Assembly: GCA_951406725.2 (NCBI GenBank)
Contig: OX597814.1
Span: 57,908,001-57,972,000, forward strand
Direction of reading: 5' to 3'
DNA from: Octopus vulgaris
Taxonomy: Eukaryota
Length of the DNA stretch: 64,000 nt
The notes beneath the pieces were generated by a model. The model was not told the origin of the DNA, made no database searches, and saw only the letters and a program-made list of their open reading frames with translations. Shown piece by piece: positions 26,341 through 40,639 of the stretch (position 1 is the first letter of the stretch; every line of letters begins with the position of its first letter). The position numbers and the translations under genes are program-made.

Positions 26341-26639
26341 TTACATAAAATGTATTAGAATTTACTCCAATATTGTGTGGCATCTCAAGACATATTTCCA
26401 GTCATTGCATTACTTAAAAACAAACCATGCGGTTAGTGGGATCATCAGGTCATCGGCACTGCCTTATGTGTACAGTTAACATAAACCTGCTGTGCCAATG
26501 TAAATTCTAAATAGATTGTCTTGATTTAACCCTAAGTCAAATGGAACTGTGCTAACCTATTGTTAAAATTGGATCTTTTCGATACCAGGTCCATTTCCTG
26601 AAAAATATACACACCGATATAGTCTTTCGTGTGTCACTC

Positions 26640-27260
26640 CGCTGGTAATACAGAAATCAATTATTTTATTTCTCTGATCTGAAGGTGTGACAGGGATGAA
26701 ATTCAGTGAAGGCTTCTAGTTCAGTACGTAAGGAGATGGCGATCTACTGTGTAGAAGTGTGTATGGCTGGTTTAAGAAGTTAAAAAATAGTCGGACAAGC
26801 ATGAAGCATGAAGAGGGAACAGGTTGCCCACCAACCTCCACCAATGAGGGATGATTCAACAAGCTCAAAAGATGCTTCTGGTGAACCAATGAGTGACTGT
26901 CAATGAAGTGTCATGTTATATGCAAATTTGTCATTCTCCAGCATACCAAATCATTACCGACAAACTACGCTCTTGTAAATATTTTGATAAATGTGTGCCA
27001 GTCGCATGGAGATCTATCAACGTTTACTCAGCCGCTATAAGGATGCAGGCGAAGCTGTTTTGACGGGAATAGTCACAAGAAATGAAACACAGGTTCATCA
27101 TTTTGAGCCAGAATACAAAAGGCAGATTATGTAGCAATACATCCGAAACCTCCAGCGAAAAAGAAATTCAAGACTCAATCTTTTGCCGAAAAAGTGATGT
27201 TTACCGTTTGTTTTTTGACGCAGGCATGCGGACCACTAGAAGAAGCGTATCGAGAAGCAA
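26640..27260 (+). pseudogene. Mariner transposase relic
   Basis: WFKKLKNSRTSMKHEEGTGCPPTST (HTH-linker-like) and IVTRNETQVHHFEPEYKRQ (degenerate IVTGDETW motif). Confidence 0.8.
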
Positions 27261-27928
27261 GGACAGTGTGTCGAAAAAAGATATATTTGTTCAACTCCTG
27301 CTTTTGTTTTAATCTATAATAATAAATGGCAAGTTTTTGCTGTTCAGGAATATTAGTAAAAGCTTCTGTATAATCACTGGCAGTTTCATCAATAATTTTT
27401 ATGTTGGACAAATTCAAGGGTTTCTTAAACATTTGAAATCAGATTTTTCTTGCCAGAAAATGTTTTTCATTAGAAGTTTCCGTTACATCTTTCTGCAAGT
27501 TATCAAGCGAACGTTTTGCAGTTTTTGAATTACTATCGTGTTGAGAACTTCGCTTAATTTTCTCTCTATAATCACTCTTTCATACTTTGGCAATATCACT
27601 GATTCATTCTGCAGCATCAAGTTTAGAAGTGTAATCCCTTTAACGGTTCCTTTCCGCACTATTACCCTGTGTTCCACTTGATGGTTTCGTTACAGACTTC
27701 TTTAATCATAGGTAAATTTAACAAAGGCAGCGGTCAACAATTACACACATCAAATAGCTAGGAGAAAAACAGCACAAAGTAAGAACTATCTCATAAGAAA
27801 AAAATCTTATTGTTTTATTTCTATAGAAGTAATAATGGAAATGCCAATGTGATGGGGTTTTTAGCAATGCATACACCAACACTTGCATACATTCATTTAC
27901 ACATTCCCTCCACACATAACACACATAT

Positions 27929-27967
<39 letters not shown>

Positions 27968-28167
27968 CCCAAACAAATACACACATACATGTATGAGACG
28001 CTCCCAAAAGTAGATTATTGAAGATTCATACATTTTTAAGATCTCAGAAAGAAAAGAACAGCAACAACAAGAAAACAAACATAATCACTACCGCTGACAC
28101 TACAACTGTTACTTCCCATTACAACCTTATTAATACAGTAGCTAATAATAATACCGTCGCTAAAACG

Positions 28168-28225
<58 letters not shown>

Positions 28226-28267
28226 CGCTGCCGCCGCCGCCGCTGCTGCTGCTGCTGCTGCTACTAT

Positions 28268-28302
<35 letters not shown>

Positions 28303-28303
28303 T
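28168..28303. repeat. Compound (CTA)n(CCG)n(CTG)n(CTA)n microsatellite
   Basis: Seen directly. Confidence 0.95.
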
Positions 28304-29143
28304 CACTGGCGTTAACTGATACATCTTTCATTCTTATGAGACCGCAAATAAACACATAACACATAGCATGGCCTAAAGAAATTGATTGGAAATACTTTAT
28401 ACGTGTTAACGTTGCAGTCTCTTGCTAGCATTGCTACATATCAAATCCTCTGCAATTAGACGTAATTATACAAGTTATCACAGTCGAAGAATGTTTGCAA
28501 ATTTAGATAGATTCGCGTGCCATTGGGAGATGTATTTGCTCATAGCTTACCTAAACATTTAAATTTCTTTCTCGGAAGAATAGCGTAACTACAGTACTTT
28601 CGTATCCCTACGGCATCCAACCTATCCAAACTTTCGGAAGTTTATTAAATTAATTTTCCTTTCAATGACCAGACTCTCTGTATTTACAGACAGATGAATA
28701 TATTTCCGAGCTTTGCATTTTCTACTGGTATCTGTTACATTATTAGTTCAAGCCACAGAAGAGGACCTTTACGTAGTCGCTTGACATGCTAGAAAAAAAC
28801 AGTTAAGTTATTAACGGAAATACATTTATGATAAAAAAATTATAAATACAAGATGTTCGATAGAAAATATATAAATGGCAAAACATATGGACATAATTTA
28901 TAAAAACTTAAAATCACGTGTTAAGGTCATCTCTATAAATTTTACATAGATATTATAACCAGCACTAAGTTTGTTACGATTATTCGTATCTAAAACGGCA
29001 GATGTAAATAAACAATAAGATCGAAGATGAAAAATGGGTAATGCGCGTGTAAGCCATATTTCGGCAGTTTTTGTTCCTTCATTAAGACCCATCTAACCTA
29101 CTAATCACCCACGAACTCATTGCTTAAATATCAGTGTTGGCTA

Positions 29144-30033
29144 CGAGGAAGTACCTAAAAGTAACCGGAAACGTTATCCGTGGGACAAGCCAATTGTACT
29201 TCAGGTTTCGCCTCAAGAAACCCCTTGATGCGACCATCGGCCATCAGTCTACCGAAATCGTCCACTGAGGTAGTACTGCCACGTGTTGCGTGTTTGTTTT
29301 ACATTGCTTCTCCCCTATTCGTCGAGTTTTGCGATGACTGAAAAGAAGAAACAGCGTGCTTCCGTGAAATTCTGTTTTCTGCTGGGAAAAACGACAGTCG
29401 TAACAGTTGTCATACTTCAAATACCCTGCAAAGCCGCTAACCATGAGCAAAGCACAAGTTTATAAGTGGTGTTCACGCTTTAGGAATGGACATTTGTCGC
29501 TTGGTGACCAATCTCGTTAAGGACGACCGTCGACCGCTCGAACGAATGAAAACGTTACTAAAATTCATGAAATAATGTTGGACCATTGCCAAGCAATTGA
29601 CGAACTTGTTTATGTGGCTGGTGTGTCCTTGAGCCCCTGCCAATAAATTTCGAGTGAAGAATTGCAAATGAAAAGAGTTACAACAAAACTTTTGCAGCGT
29701 TTGCTCACCGACGATCGAAAGCAGCCACGACTGAATGAGTGTCGTGAACTGTAAGATGGGTTGGAAGTTGATACAGACATTTTCTCGAAGGTCATCAATG
29801 GTGAAGAAAGCTGGTACTACGGAATTTGCAGACGTGGACGACATGAAGAAAAGAACAACGGAGGCCTTAAAAGGCATCACTTCGCTAGAGTTCCTGAACT
29901 GCTTCGAACAGTGAAAAATGCGTCTGAACAGATGCATTGCTTCAAATGGAGAATATTTTGAACGCGATAAAAAAGTGTAAACATGTAAATAAAATAATAT
30001 TGCATGATTCTGGTTTCTTTTAGGCACCACTCA
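29144..30033 (+). mobile_element. Internally deleted mariner element with TIRs and TA flanks
   Basis: TIRs cgaggaagtacctaaaagtaaccggaa / ttctggtttcttttaggcaccactca; MTEKKKQRASVKFCFLLGKT, VINGEESWYY, CIASNGEYFE. Confidence 0.88.
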
Positions 30034-33000
30034 TATAATTTCTAAGAATAATCTCTAGAGATGACCTTAACACATGATTTAAGAGCACCGCTAACACAGT
30101 TGTACACGGTGTTGACTTACCAAAACGTTTATTATACTTTGTAGTACATTATGGTTGCCTAACGAAATACCGTGTCACTATAAGTCTTTAATATTTGATA
30201 AAATATTCCAGAATATATTTTCTGGAAAGATTTTGGAATGATCATGACTGGAAAATTTTGGTCATACGTCTACCTGCTCAGAGTTGAACTAGGATAGCCA
30301 GTTGCCTACACTGGCGAAAATGTTGCTTGTTGCCATTAAAAGCAAGGGACGGCAGTCGGGTAAGGACACACTGTGGTAGTGAGAAGAGTAAGATCAATCG
30401 TTCCTGCTACTTCACTGCTATTTTACTGTTTTCATCTCATCCTGCGAAGGAGGGTGGAAAACAAAGTTGACCTCGGCGAGATTTGAACACAACACAAATA
30501 CTAGAATAAACTTTGTCCGATGTAATAAGGATCCTGCAAACTGCCGGTCTGCGATTCATGCAGTAGGGTTGTTGGGCAGTGGATTGTAGAATCTTTACTA
30601 GACATTCATGCGAATTCTTTATGCTGTTGTAAAATACTCTCGAGCAAATATAATACGAGGAAAATTTCTACTGTAGTTGCTTCAGATTGTGAATATATCT
30701 TATTACCTCTTCGTAATTAATTAGAAAGATCACTGCAGTTAGGAGATGATAATTTAGCAATGTTGATTTGTCACAATTGAACCGATGTCTTTCTCTTGAA
30801 ACCGTGCAAACGCAGTTAGGTGTGTCTTAGATATGAATGCGTAACTTCGGTTGGGAAAGCTATCATGAGAAAGAACATTGATATCTTCTGCAAAGGAGTG
30901 TGCCAACCTAGTAATATAGTAAACTTTGAAAACGTTGTCTTAACAAGACAATGAAAATTACACTGACATCAAATTCTTCAGAGGAAAAGTAAGTTTTGAA
31001 TCAAAGCGACCAAAAATATGGTAATTAGCATTTTGTTGGGAACATATGATTAATCAGTGATGAATAATATACAGGAAAAATGTGCATGTATTCTTTAATT
31101 TTTTTCTATAGTGTTTATAATTTGCGGTTAAAGCTTTGTTAAAGAATTTTGGAAAATAGGATAGGTGTGACATCATCCAGTCTTTATGAAGAGAATTGAT
31201 TACAAACTAATAAGATTCAAACTGAACGCTAGAAAATGTAAATGTCAATTCTGAAGAATCCCATGTAACTATTATCTTCCTCGATTATCCTAACAGAGTA
31301 TTTGACACATCTTAACTCAAACGACACGAAAGAATCTGAAATGTTATGTCTCTTTATTCCTATCAAAATTACTAATCTTGTAAAAGTAAGTCACTTAAGA
31401 GAAAGAGCCCATCTGTCGTTTGAGCGTTTGATGGGTTACTGAATTACATGGGCTTTAAAAACGAGCAAATCCTTTAAAAGAGGAACTATACTATTGGTAT
31501 TTAAATACAACGGTCCTTTCCACATCTCTCTACTCAAAGAGTAACCTTTTTGTAGCTTCACCTATTAGGATAGTATTTTCATTAAACTTGCTGAAATTAC
31601 ACTCTGCTGTCTTAAAGAAATTATACATCCTATAAATAAACATGATGGCCCTGTGTTAATGATTGAAGCTCTTTACATTATAGTTTTTTGAATCAAAGCT
31701 GACGTGAAGTTAAACGTAGGCAGCAAAAACAACAACAACAACATTCTCTTTTATACAAACCATCGACCATTAGAGTAGTGTCTGAAACATTATCGCATCC
31801 CTCATCAATACTTCTCACATTTACTCCAATTTTGTGTCGTTAGTTAAGTCTAGGTGACACTTGATCGAGTTCTACTATCAAAGCATTCCAACCATTCGTA
31901 TTTTATTTTTAGGCACGTTTTCAACGTGTCTTATGATTATTAAGACAGTGTTTCTACCAGGTTGAACGAACAAGTATAGGATTCCTTTCCCAACTCTAAT
32001 TTGAAGAATTGAAACATAGTTATCGTTTGTTATACATTTCGGAGAGATGGATCTATTCAACAAATGGTTATTATTTATAACAAATTAACCTAAATTTATT
32101 GTCGTTATCCAACTGTGTTTCCCATAAACAAATAAAGATAAATCTGAAATGTAACTACCAGCTACTATCAATACACTCTAGGTATAATACACACTGTAAT
32201 TAAGTTGGATGCGAAGAATTCTTTGAGGAAGTCTGTACAGCTTTTGTATTACATTTATGTTTGTAGTTTTCCGTTGATTTTCAGTACAATAGAAAACATA
32301 CAAAATACAGTGAAAACAACGTTATTTATTTTACTTTTCTTCCATATATATATATCAATCAGGTGTGAAATGTTTGAACCTGACTGATAACTTGTAACAA
32401 TACAAAATGTGATAATCTGTCATTATTTGGAAGAGATAAAACTAATCTGTTTTATATCTCTTCCACGATAAACACAAAATATGAAAGAGCAAATGAAAAT
32501 AATCTAGAATACATAACAAATGTTAAAATGTAGGAAAATATTTCAGGACAAGTAGCAGAATTATTTTTCATTTATCACTAGCGGAATCAGTAGAAAAGTT
32601 TTGACGCCTTTACTTTGTATTATTTATGTACAGTGTTAGCAGAATTCTTCTACGATGCGAGATCAGCTTATTGATTTCCCGTCTATTTTAACATGATTTA
32701 AATCTTCGGAAGTTGAAATATATTCAATATTAAAAGAGAAAAAGCAAAACTTCCAATGACGTTAGTGATACGCTAACACGTCACTCAAAGAAATTTCATA
32801 TATTCTTTCTATCATTTTCCAGATGATCAAACTTGAAATCATTGTCTGATTTATACCTTTTTATGCTTTATGATTAAACTACAATACATATCAAGAAAAT
32901 GAAATCCCATTTTCATTTTAAATTTTATGGATGGTTAATTCATCTTAAGTTAACATGTATTATTATACAACTAGTTAAACGGAACACAAATGGTGGTTCG

Positions 33001-34959
33001 ATAATTACAAACTTATAATTAATACTTCAGTATTGTTAAATTGTCTTTTCCGGTTTCTGAATAAACAGCATAATTACATTATTTAAAAATAATTCAATGA
33101 ATAATGTATCTTGTTGTTCGAACCCGCCAGCCTGATAATGAAGGGTATTGCATCCTTGATTACCGTTCCTTTTTTGTATACCAGTAAATACATTGCCCAC
33201 TGTAATCTTCATGTAGGAAAAATGGCTAAAATTTGAGGAACGTTTGGTTGCTAATTCTTGTACGTCGATTGACCGTGAAGAGGTTATTAATTAATTTTGA
33301 CTTCTTGTGACGTTGAGCAATGTCCTCCTATTCTAATGCTAAAAACGATATTTTGATCGTAGAGTCCCTAATTGCAAACCTATTAAAAATCTGGAAAGTA
33401 ATAACAAAGTGCATTGTCAGTATTGTTACATTGAAATCAAAAGGCAATGTTTTCAGCTAAACAACCATTTTAATTATACACTATATCATGATAGTGTTTA
33501 TTGCAGATCGTGCATTGCAGGAAAAATCTTTTTGGTTTACATCACTGAATGTATTATGGTAAGACTAATTTTACTGTTTCTATTGATGTGTCAGTAAATA
33601 TTTATGTTCTTTTCAATACTGAATAAGATTCCTTGTTGGTGATAATTCAAAGCCACATAGTGCTAAAATCGATATACTTGAATACCTAGATTCAAGTAGT
33701 TTCTCAAAGAGAAATGTGTTTGGCGAACAATCTGTAATGTGATTACTGATTTTAATGTCTACCATTAATACTAGTTAGGTAGTCGAACAACTGACATTGT
33801 CGGATGACTCAATCAGAAAAATATTCCAACACATGACTATAAGAGAACCAACACAAGGAAATTACATTCTCAGCCTTATTCTGACAGATGTTCCAACAAA
33901 ATAAGTCACAACTCGCACACAAATCAAGAGAGAACCTCTAAATTGACACTCAACTTGCTAATACAGCAGTCAAATCATCGCACGATCACACCCATATCAT
34001 ACTAAATAATGAAGGACACTGGATAACGTAGAGTTATATATAATTTGTCACGAAAACGATGGGCTGCTCACAGCTGGAAAAATTGTTCGCAACTCTGCTT
34101 GATAAGTGCTGACCAGGAGCAAGCAACAACAACCTCCTCCTCCCCCTCCTCCTCCTCATCATCATCATCAATGCCAATTTTATTTCTTTATTTCTTTATC
34201 TCCACCTCGAATAATTTGGATAGCTTCTTTTCAATTTTTAATTTGTTTCCTGCCAAGTTCGACATGTTATTTCTTCCTTCGGAATCAGTGAAACAAGAAT
34301 AAAGTAAAGGTTTATGAAATGTGACCTATATAATCAACAGTTACCCGAATTCTCTCAAAAATTGGGAAGATATTTGGCTTAGTGCCTAATCCTGAAATCT
34401 ATATTACTAATAAAAATCAATATGACTAATGAAAGGCAAGAATAATAAAACGCACAAAATAAGTATAAGTGGGAAAATAATGGAAGGATAAGGGAAATAT
34501 ATGATTTTTAGATGCTTAACATTCGAATTTCAGATCGCGTGGCCAAGTGTTAAAAGTATTGTAGTCGTGATCGCGAGATCGTGGCCTCGCTTTCCACACT
34601 GGGTGGTGCGTTGCCTTCTAGACCAGAACAATTCATTCAACGTTGATCTACTATCACTTCAACATGTGATGTGTGGTACACAGCACAACTAATCAGGCAA
34701 TGTAGTTTTGAATGAGTGAGTGAGCTAAAGTACAACACAGGCATTTCATCACTATAAACATATCATCTGTACAGGCTGTTTAGCAAGGAAGAGCAGGACC
34801 ATCTTTCTCTGACGCGAGTGACTACCATAAATATTTGAATATTAAAATAGAGACTATTACAGATTCCGTGTGTTAATATATAAATATGGAAAAAAAGCCT
34901 TTCACAGATTTTGGTATACTAATCACATTATGTGTATCTCCAATTTCACTTTTAACATC

Positions 34960-35231
34960 TTTCACTTGTTTCACTCACTAGACTGCAGCCATGCATCCTT
35001 GAATCATTACTCGAATTAATTGACCCCATGACTTAATTATATGTTAAGCCTGGTACTTACCCAAAGGGTCTCTTTTGCAGAACCACTAGGTTACGCGGAC
35101 GTAAACACACCAACTCCAGTTGTCAAGAGGTGGAAGGGGACAAACACAGACTCAAAGGCACACGCACACACATACGTAGATACATGCATACATACGTGCA
35201 TACATACATTCATATTCATACACACATTCAT

Positions 35232-35270
<39 letters not shown>

Positions 35271-35420
35271 AATATAACACGGGCTTCTTTCTGTTTCCGT
35301 CTACCAAATCTACTTAGAAGACCTTGGTCGGATCGAGACTACAGAAGCAGACATTTGCCCAAGAACCCCGGAAACAAGTGATTTGGAAGCAATTTTCTTA
35401 ACAAACACATACGCCAGCAG
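34960..35420 (-). mobile_element. SINE family C
   Basis: ttctttctgtttccgtctaccaaatc and other family C segments on the minus strand. Confidence 0.75.
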
Positions 35421-36678
35421 TCGCATTCTACCAAGCTTTGTCGTCGGAAATGTCTTTCTGTGACAGGTTTTTTTTCATGGAATGATTCAAACTGAGCTCT
35501 GTAAGGTGAAAAAATTACCCCAATAACAATTTGAATTTTAAAATGTATTTTTCCATGGTACCCTATGGTATAGAACTATTAAGTATAGAACAATTTAGAG
35601 ATTGCTATTTGCCTGCCTATGAAAGTTTTTTTCAGTTGGTTGATATAAACTTATCTCTTAGGCTAATATAACTCTCCTCAGCTATATGATGGTCTAGTTG
35701 GACCTTTGGTGATATCTTCGACACTTAATTTCATCCTAGATGGATAATCTCCTTGAAACTTTTTGCAAAGAACTTGCAGATAAAAGTGTTACCAGTTGCA
35801 AGCTCTGCATACCGGATGCTAGCAATCTTATGGGATCATCAAGGAGAAAGAGCATGCTGTTTTGGGGTTTTCCCCTCAACGGTACTATTGCACAGCGGGC
35901 CTTCAATTTCACTGAAATGAGGCCCCGCTTGCTAAGTCAAGTGGTTACTAGGATTTGCTCAATATTCTAGCCATCTAAGCAATCTGCAGGGTTTTATCCG
36001 AAAGAAAGTTTCTGTACATGAGATATCAGCAATTTAGATTCATTTGAACACGAGCTAAAGATTTTGTGAGCAATTATAAGCGTAGTGGTTGCCATCAATT
36101 TTGTGTTAATAAGCAATACTCCATCATTACTTTGTTATACTATGTAAATTTCTGCTACTTCATGTTCGCAGCATTAACGATATTTACAACCTTAGTTGTG
36201 TATTTATATATCGGCTCAGCGTTTGTTGTTCCTCGATATGAAGGACAACATAAAACGGCAAATTTCAAATTTAAGTTAATTTCCACATTCAAATATTGCA
36301 TTTGATGTATTCTAAAGATAATTGTAAATTCGTGTCCATAAAATAACTAATTGTATTTTGTAATTGTATTTTCATTTAACTTGAATAATATATATATATA
36401 TATGAAACGTTTATTTTTCTCGGGTATAATATGGTCTTTTTATTTGATCTCACTTTCAGGCTTTACGTAAACATAATTGAAAAACATTGCCAAACAAAAC
36501 ATTTTGTGATGATAAATAATATGCAAGCAATAATGACGATAATAGGTAAAAGAATCCACTTTGAAAATTACACCGATAATAAATATATATGAAATAATTC
36601 CCGTAATGCTTTGCTTGTTAAGTTAATGACTAGACATCATAGGTAAATTTGTGTTGCACTTAAGAGACAAAACATAAA

Positions 36679-36758
<80 letters not shown>

Positions 36759-37679
36759 TGTATATGGGTTGATGTACGGCAAATAGGTACAAATGTTACA
36801 TTTAAGGCTGAAAATACTCAATACCAAACAAGTTAGATAAAAGTTTATTACAAGAATGATTGTGATTTCAGGTTCCGAATCTTTTGAGGCATATTGCAAT
36901 AGTAAAGAGAATACTGGGTTTGTAAGTAATCATACATTATAAATACTGAGTTGATTTAACTAAATGGCATGCATTTAGTAAGTGAATGTCCATGGGATTT
37001 CAAATGCTCTATAAAAGCAAGACGAATTCATTGTTCATAAAGCGAGTTTCCATTGAAATCTTGGGCTATGATTCGTGAATGAGAATTAATGGTTACTTTT
37101 TTACACATTTTTTATTTTTGACTTTAGCCCTGTTTTATTGTCTTCCTGCGCTTATATAGACGTTTGTATGAACCTTCTTTGTGAGCATATGTGTGCGTGC
37201 GAGCATGTATGCGAGTATGTATATATCTTTTGGTGAATGTCTGGGTGAGCATGTGTATGTTTCAAGTGAGGGTAGATGAGATATACATATGGGCGCATGT
37301 ACGTGGGTGTGCGGACGTGCATAAGTATGTATGGATATGCGCGCTTACGCGATTACTATGCAATTTTTACTCCCTTACCTTCATCCCTTCCCTTACTCAA
37401 CGGTCATTTATATAGACACATTTGTCTTAATAACGGTCAATCACACAGTAATTTCCCCTTTGTTTAACTGTCATTTTCATAGCATACTTTTCGATGAGAT
37501 ACCGGCGTGGGTTTCCATCCCGACGTCCGCAAATCAGAGTTTATATCATAGCTACCGAAAAATTGTTACATAATATATTTACAGATAAGTTCTTCGATTT
37601 ACATAATATCAAGGTCTCTTTCATTCTTTGGCTGTCTTGACATTTCTATCAATGTGTACAATATGTCTACAACATGTGT

Positions 37680-37744
<65 letters not shown>

Positions 37745-37879
37745 GTATATATATATGTATATATATACATAAATATACATTTGTATATATATTTATATGC
37801 ATATTTGTATATATGTAAACATAGATATGTACTTTTATATCAATATATGTGTAAGTATATGCATATATGTATATATATG

Positions 37880-39580
37880 TATAAACTTAGATAAACTTAG
37901 ATATGTTTCGACCAAAGATTGGTCCAGGCCATGTCTAACTTAATAGCACCACCTGATAGGATTATTCGAATCCTGTTTAAGTCAAGTTTTGTTTATGGTC
38001 CATTCAAGTAGTGAGTTCTTGTTGGGTGAGTTGTATCCAATTATGGGTGGCTTATCTGGTATTCTTTGAAGGAATCTATCCAGACTCCGTTTAAAGTTGA
38101 TGGGATCCTTTTCCTCTTTGATCTCTTTCGGGACAATGTTAAATAGGGCAGGGCCTGTTGAGGAAAAGAAATTATGTTGCAGTGTACATGTATGCTGTGA
38201 TCTTGAATTCGGCAGGGGACGTATCACCCGTGGTCCCAGTCTTGGATGAACCTTGAAGCTAATGTTCAGGTCGTTTGGGCAAAGTTAGCGGTATATTCTC
38301 CACATCGTACAAATGATGTACCGCTCACGGCGACGCTGGAGAGAGTAAAGTTCCAAGGCTTTAAGGCGATCCCAATAATCGAGAGCAGCCATGCCTTCAA
38401 TTCGTTTAGTGAGTGCCCTCTGGGGTGACTCAATCCTCGAGATGTTTTGTATTGTATGGGGAGACCACAGTGGGCAGCAGTATTCCAGGTGTGGCCGTAC
38501 AAAGGAGGAAAAAAGTGGTATGATGACACATTGTTCTCTGGACCGGAAAGTTCTTAAGATCCAGGATCTCATCCTATGAGCTATATCAACCTTCTTGTTG
38601 ATGTGTGCACTCCAACTGAGATCGTCATCAACAATTACACCCAGGTCTCTGATATTGTTAGAGGCTGTGGGCGGTTTCCCTGAAGGAAGAGAGTATGGCT
38701 GTGTTAGTGAGGAATTTCTTCCAAAATGCATCAGCTCAAATTTTCCCTCGTTCAGTTGCATTTTGTTTCTGTCTGCCCATTGACGCACAGCATATAGATC
38801 AGACTGGAGTTGAGTTCGGCCTGCTTCTTCATTGACGATTTGCTGGAGCTTAGTGTCATCAGCAAATATTTTCACTTTGCAGTAATGTACGACACTGGAA
38901 AGGTCGTTTATGTAAATTATGAAGAGTAGCGGACCCAAGACAGTCCCCAGGGGGACACCGCTGGTGACTTTTGCTGGGCTTGAGTGGACTCCATCAACTA
39001 CAACATGTTGTGTTCTATTCGCCAGGAAATAATTAATCTAATGTAGAACTTTTCCACGGATTCCGACATTTGCCAATTTTGAGAGTAGGATATTATGGTC
39101 TACCCTGTCGAACGCTTTACTGAAGTCAAGATATATGACGTCAGAGTTCTAACCTGTCCCCAAGGCTTTGAGTACATCTTCAATGTGGTGTAAGAGCTGT
39201 GTTAGACAGTCCCTGCCACAGCGAAAGCCATGCTGATTTGCATTTAGGAGTTTGTGGGTCTTCAGGAAGTCAGCTATCCTTGATCTTAACACTCTTTCAA
39301 ACACTTTAATGATGTGGGAGGTGAGTGAGATTGAGCGATAGTTGAGTGCGAGAGATCTGTTTCCCTGTTTGAAAACCGAGATGACTGACTGGGATAGAAA
39401 CTGTTTCGGTATATAACCTGCGTCTAACGAATTTCTCCAGAGGTTGGTCAGAGGGACTGCAAGTTGGTGTCTACATTCCTTCAGGAGACTAGCGGGGAAT
39501 CTATTAGGGCCTACAGCAGAGTAGTATTTGACCTCATTTACTGCTGCTACGATGTCAGTGGCAGTGAAGGTTATGTCTGA
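37880..39580 (-). mobile_element. 5'-truncated CR1/L2-like LINE (RT domain plus 3' tail)
   Basis: NYRSISLTS, QHGFR, LDFSKAFDRV, GVPLGTVLGPLLF, FADD, VRPHLEYC; short tandem tail (atctaagttt) near 37882-37903. Confidence 0.92.
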
Positions 39581-39777
39581 GATTTTATGTATATATATAT
39601 ATATGTGTGTGTGTAAATATATATGCATATATATAAATATATGTATATATATATATATGTGTGTGTATGTATGTATATATATATATATATATACATGTGT
39701 ATAAATATGTGTTTATATATATATATGTGTGTACATATATATATATATGTACATATAAATATATGTACATTCAAATA

Positions 39778-40117
39778 TATACATTATTTACATTATTTAC
39801 AATTGACGGACATTTCTCCTGATCTTTCGTTGGGGTTTTTTAGATCTACACAGAAAAAAGAACCAAGATGAGGACAAATGTCCGTTAATTGTTAAAATTG
39901 TAAATAATGTGCATAATTCTTCATCTCTTAAATATAGAAGTGTATTTTCTAATCGGTACGGAGTCAACATTAGAATTCAATAGAGCCATACAGAAACTCC
40001 ATAAAAATCCAAGCTCATCTTTCAAACCATATAACCGTGATGAGGACAAATATCCGTCAATTGTAAATAAGGTAAATAATGTACATAATTTCTCATCTCT
40101 TAAATATAGAACTGTAA
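39778..40117. mobile_element. H1-family PLE terminal pieces: one inverted, two tandem
   Basis: gatgaggacaaat..ccgt..attgtaaataa..catctcttaaatatagaa at 39867-39940 and 40039-40112; reverse copy at 39778-39825. Confidence 0.75.
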
Positions 40118-40119
40118 TA

Positions 40120-40573
40120 TCAATATATGTACATATAAATGTGTAAATACAAATGTGTACATATATATGTGTGTATATTTGTATATGTGTACATTTATAT
40201 ATGTGCACACACACATATATATATATTTGTACATATATATGTATACATATATATGTGTACATATGTGTGCATATATGTGTATATAGATATGTATATCTAT
40301 GTGTATATATATGTATGTATACGTATATATATGTGTATATACATATATATACATATGCATATATATCTCTATATATATATGTATATATGCATGTATATAT
40401 ATATGTATATGAATATATGAATATATATGTACATATATATGTATATATATATATGTATATATACACGTGTATATGTGTATATATATATATGTATACATAT
40501 ATACGTATACATGTCTATATATATATATATATACATACATACATACATACACACGCACACACAAACACACACA

Positions 40574-40631
<58 letters not shown>

Positions 40632-40632
40632 G
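40120..40632. repeat. Complex (TA/TG/CA)n low-complexity tract
   Basis: Seen directly. Confidence 0.95.
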
Positions 40633-40639
40633 GTATAGA

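Noticed and set aside
28119-28364. Poly-Ser/Gly and poly-Leu/Pro ORFs
   Set aside because: Products of a compound trinucleotide repeat.
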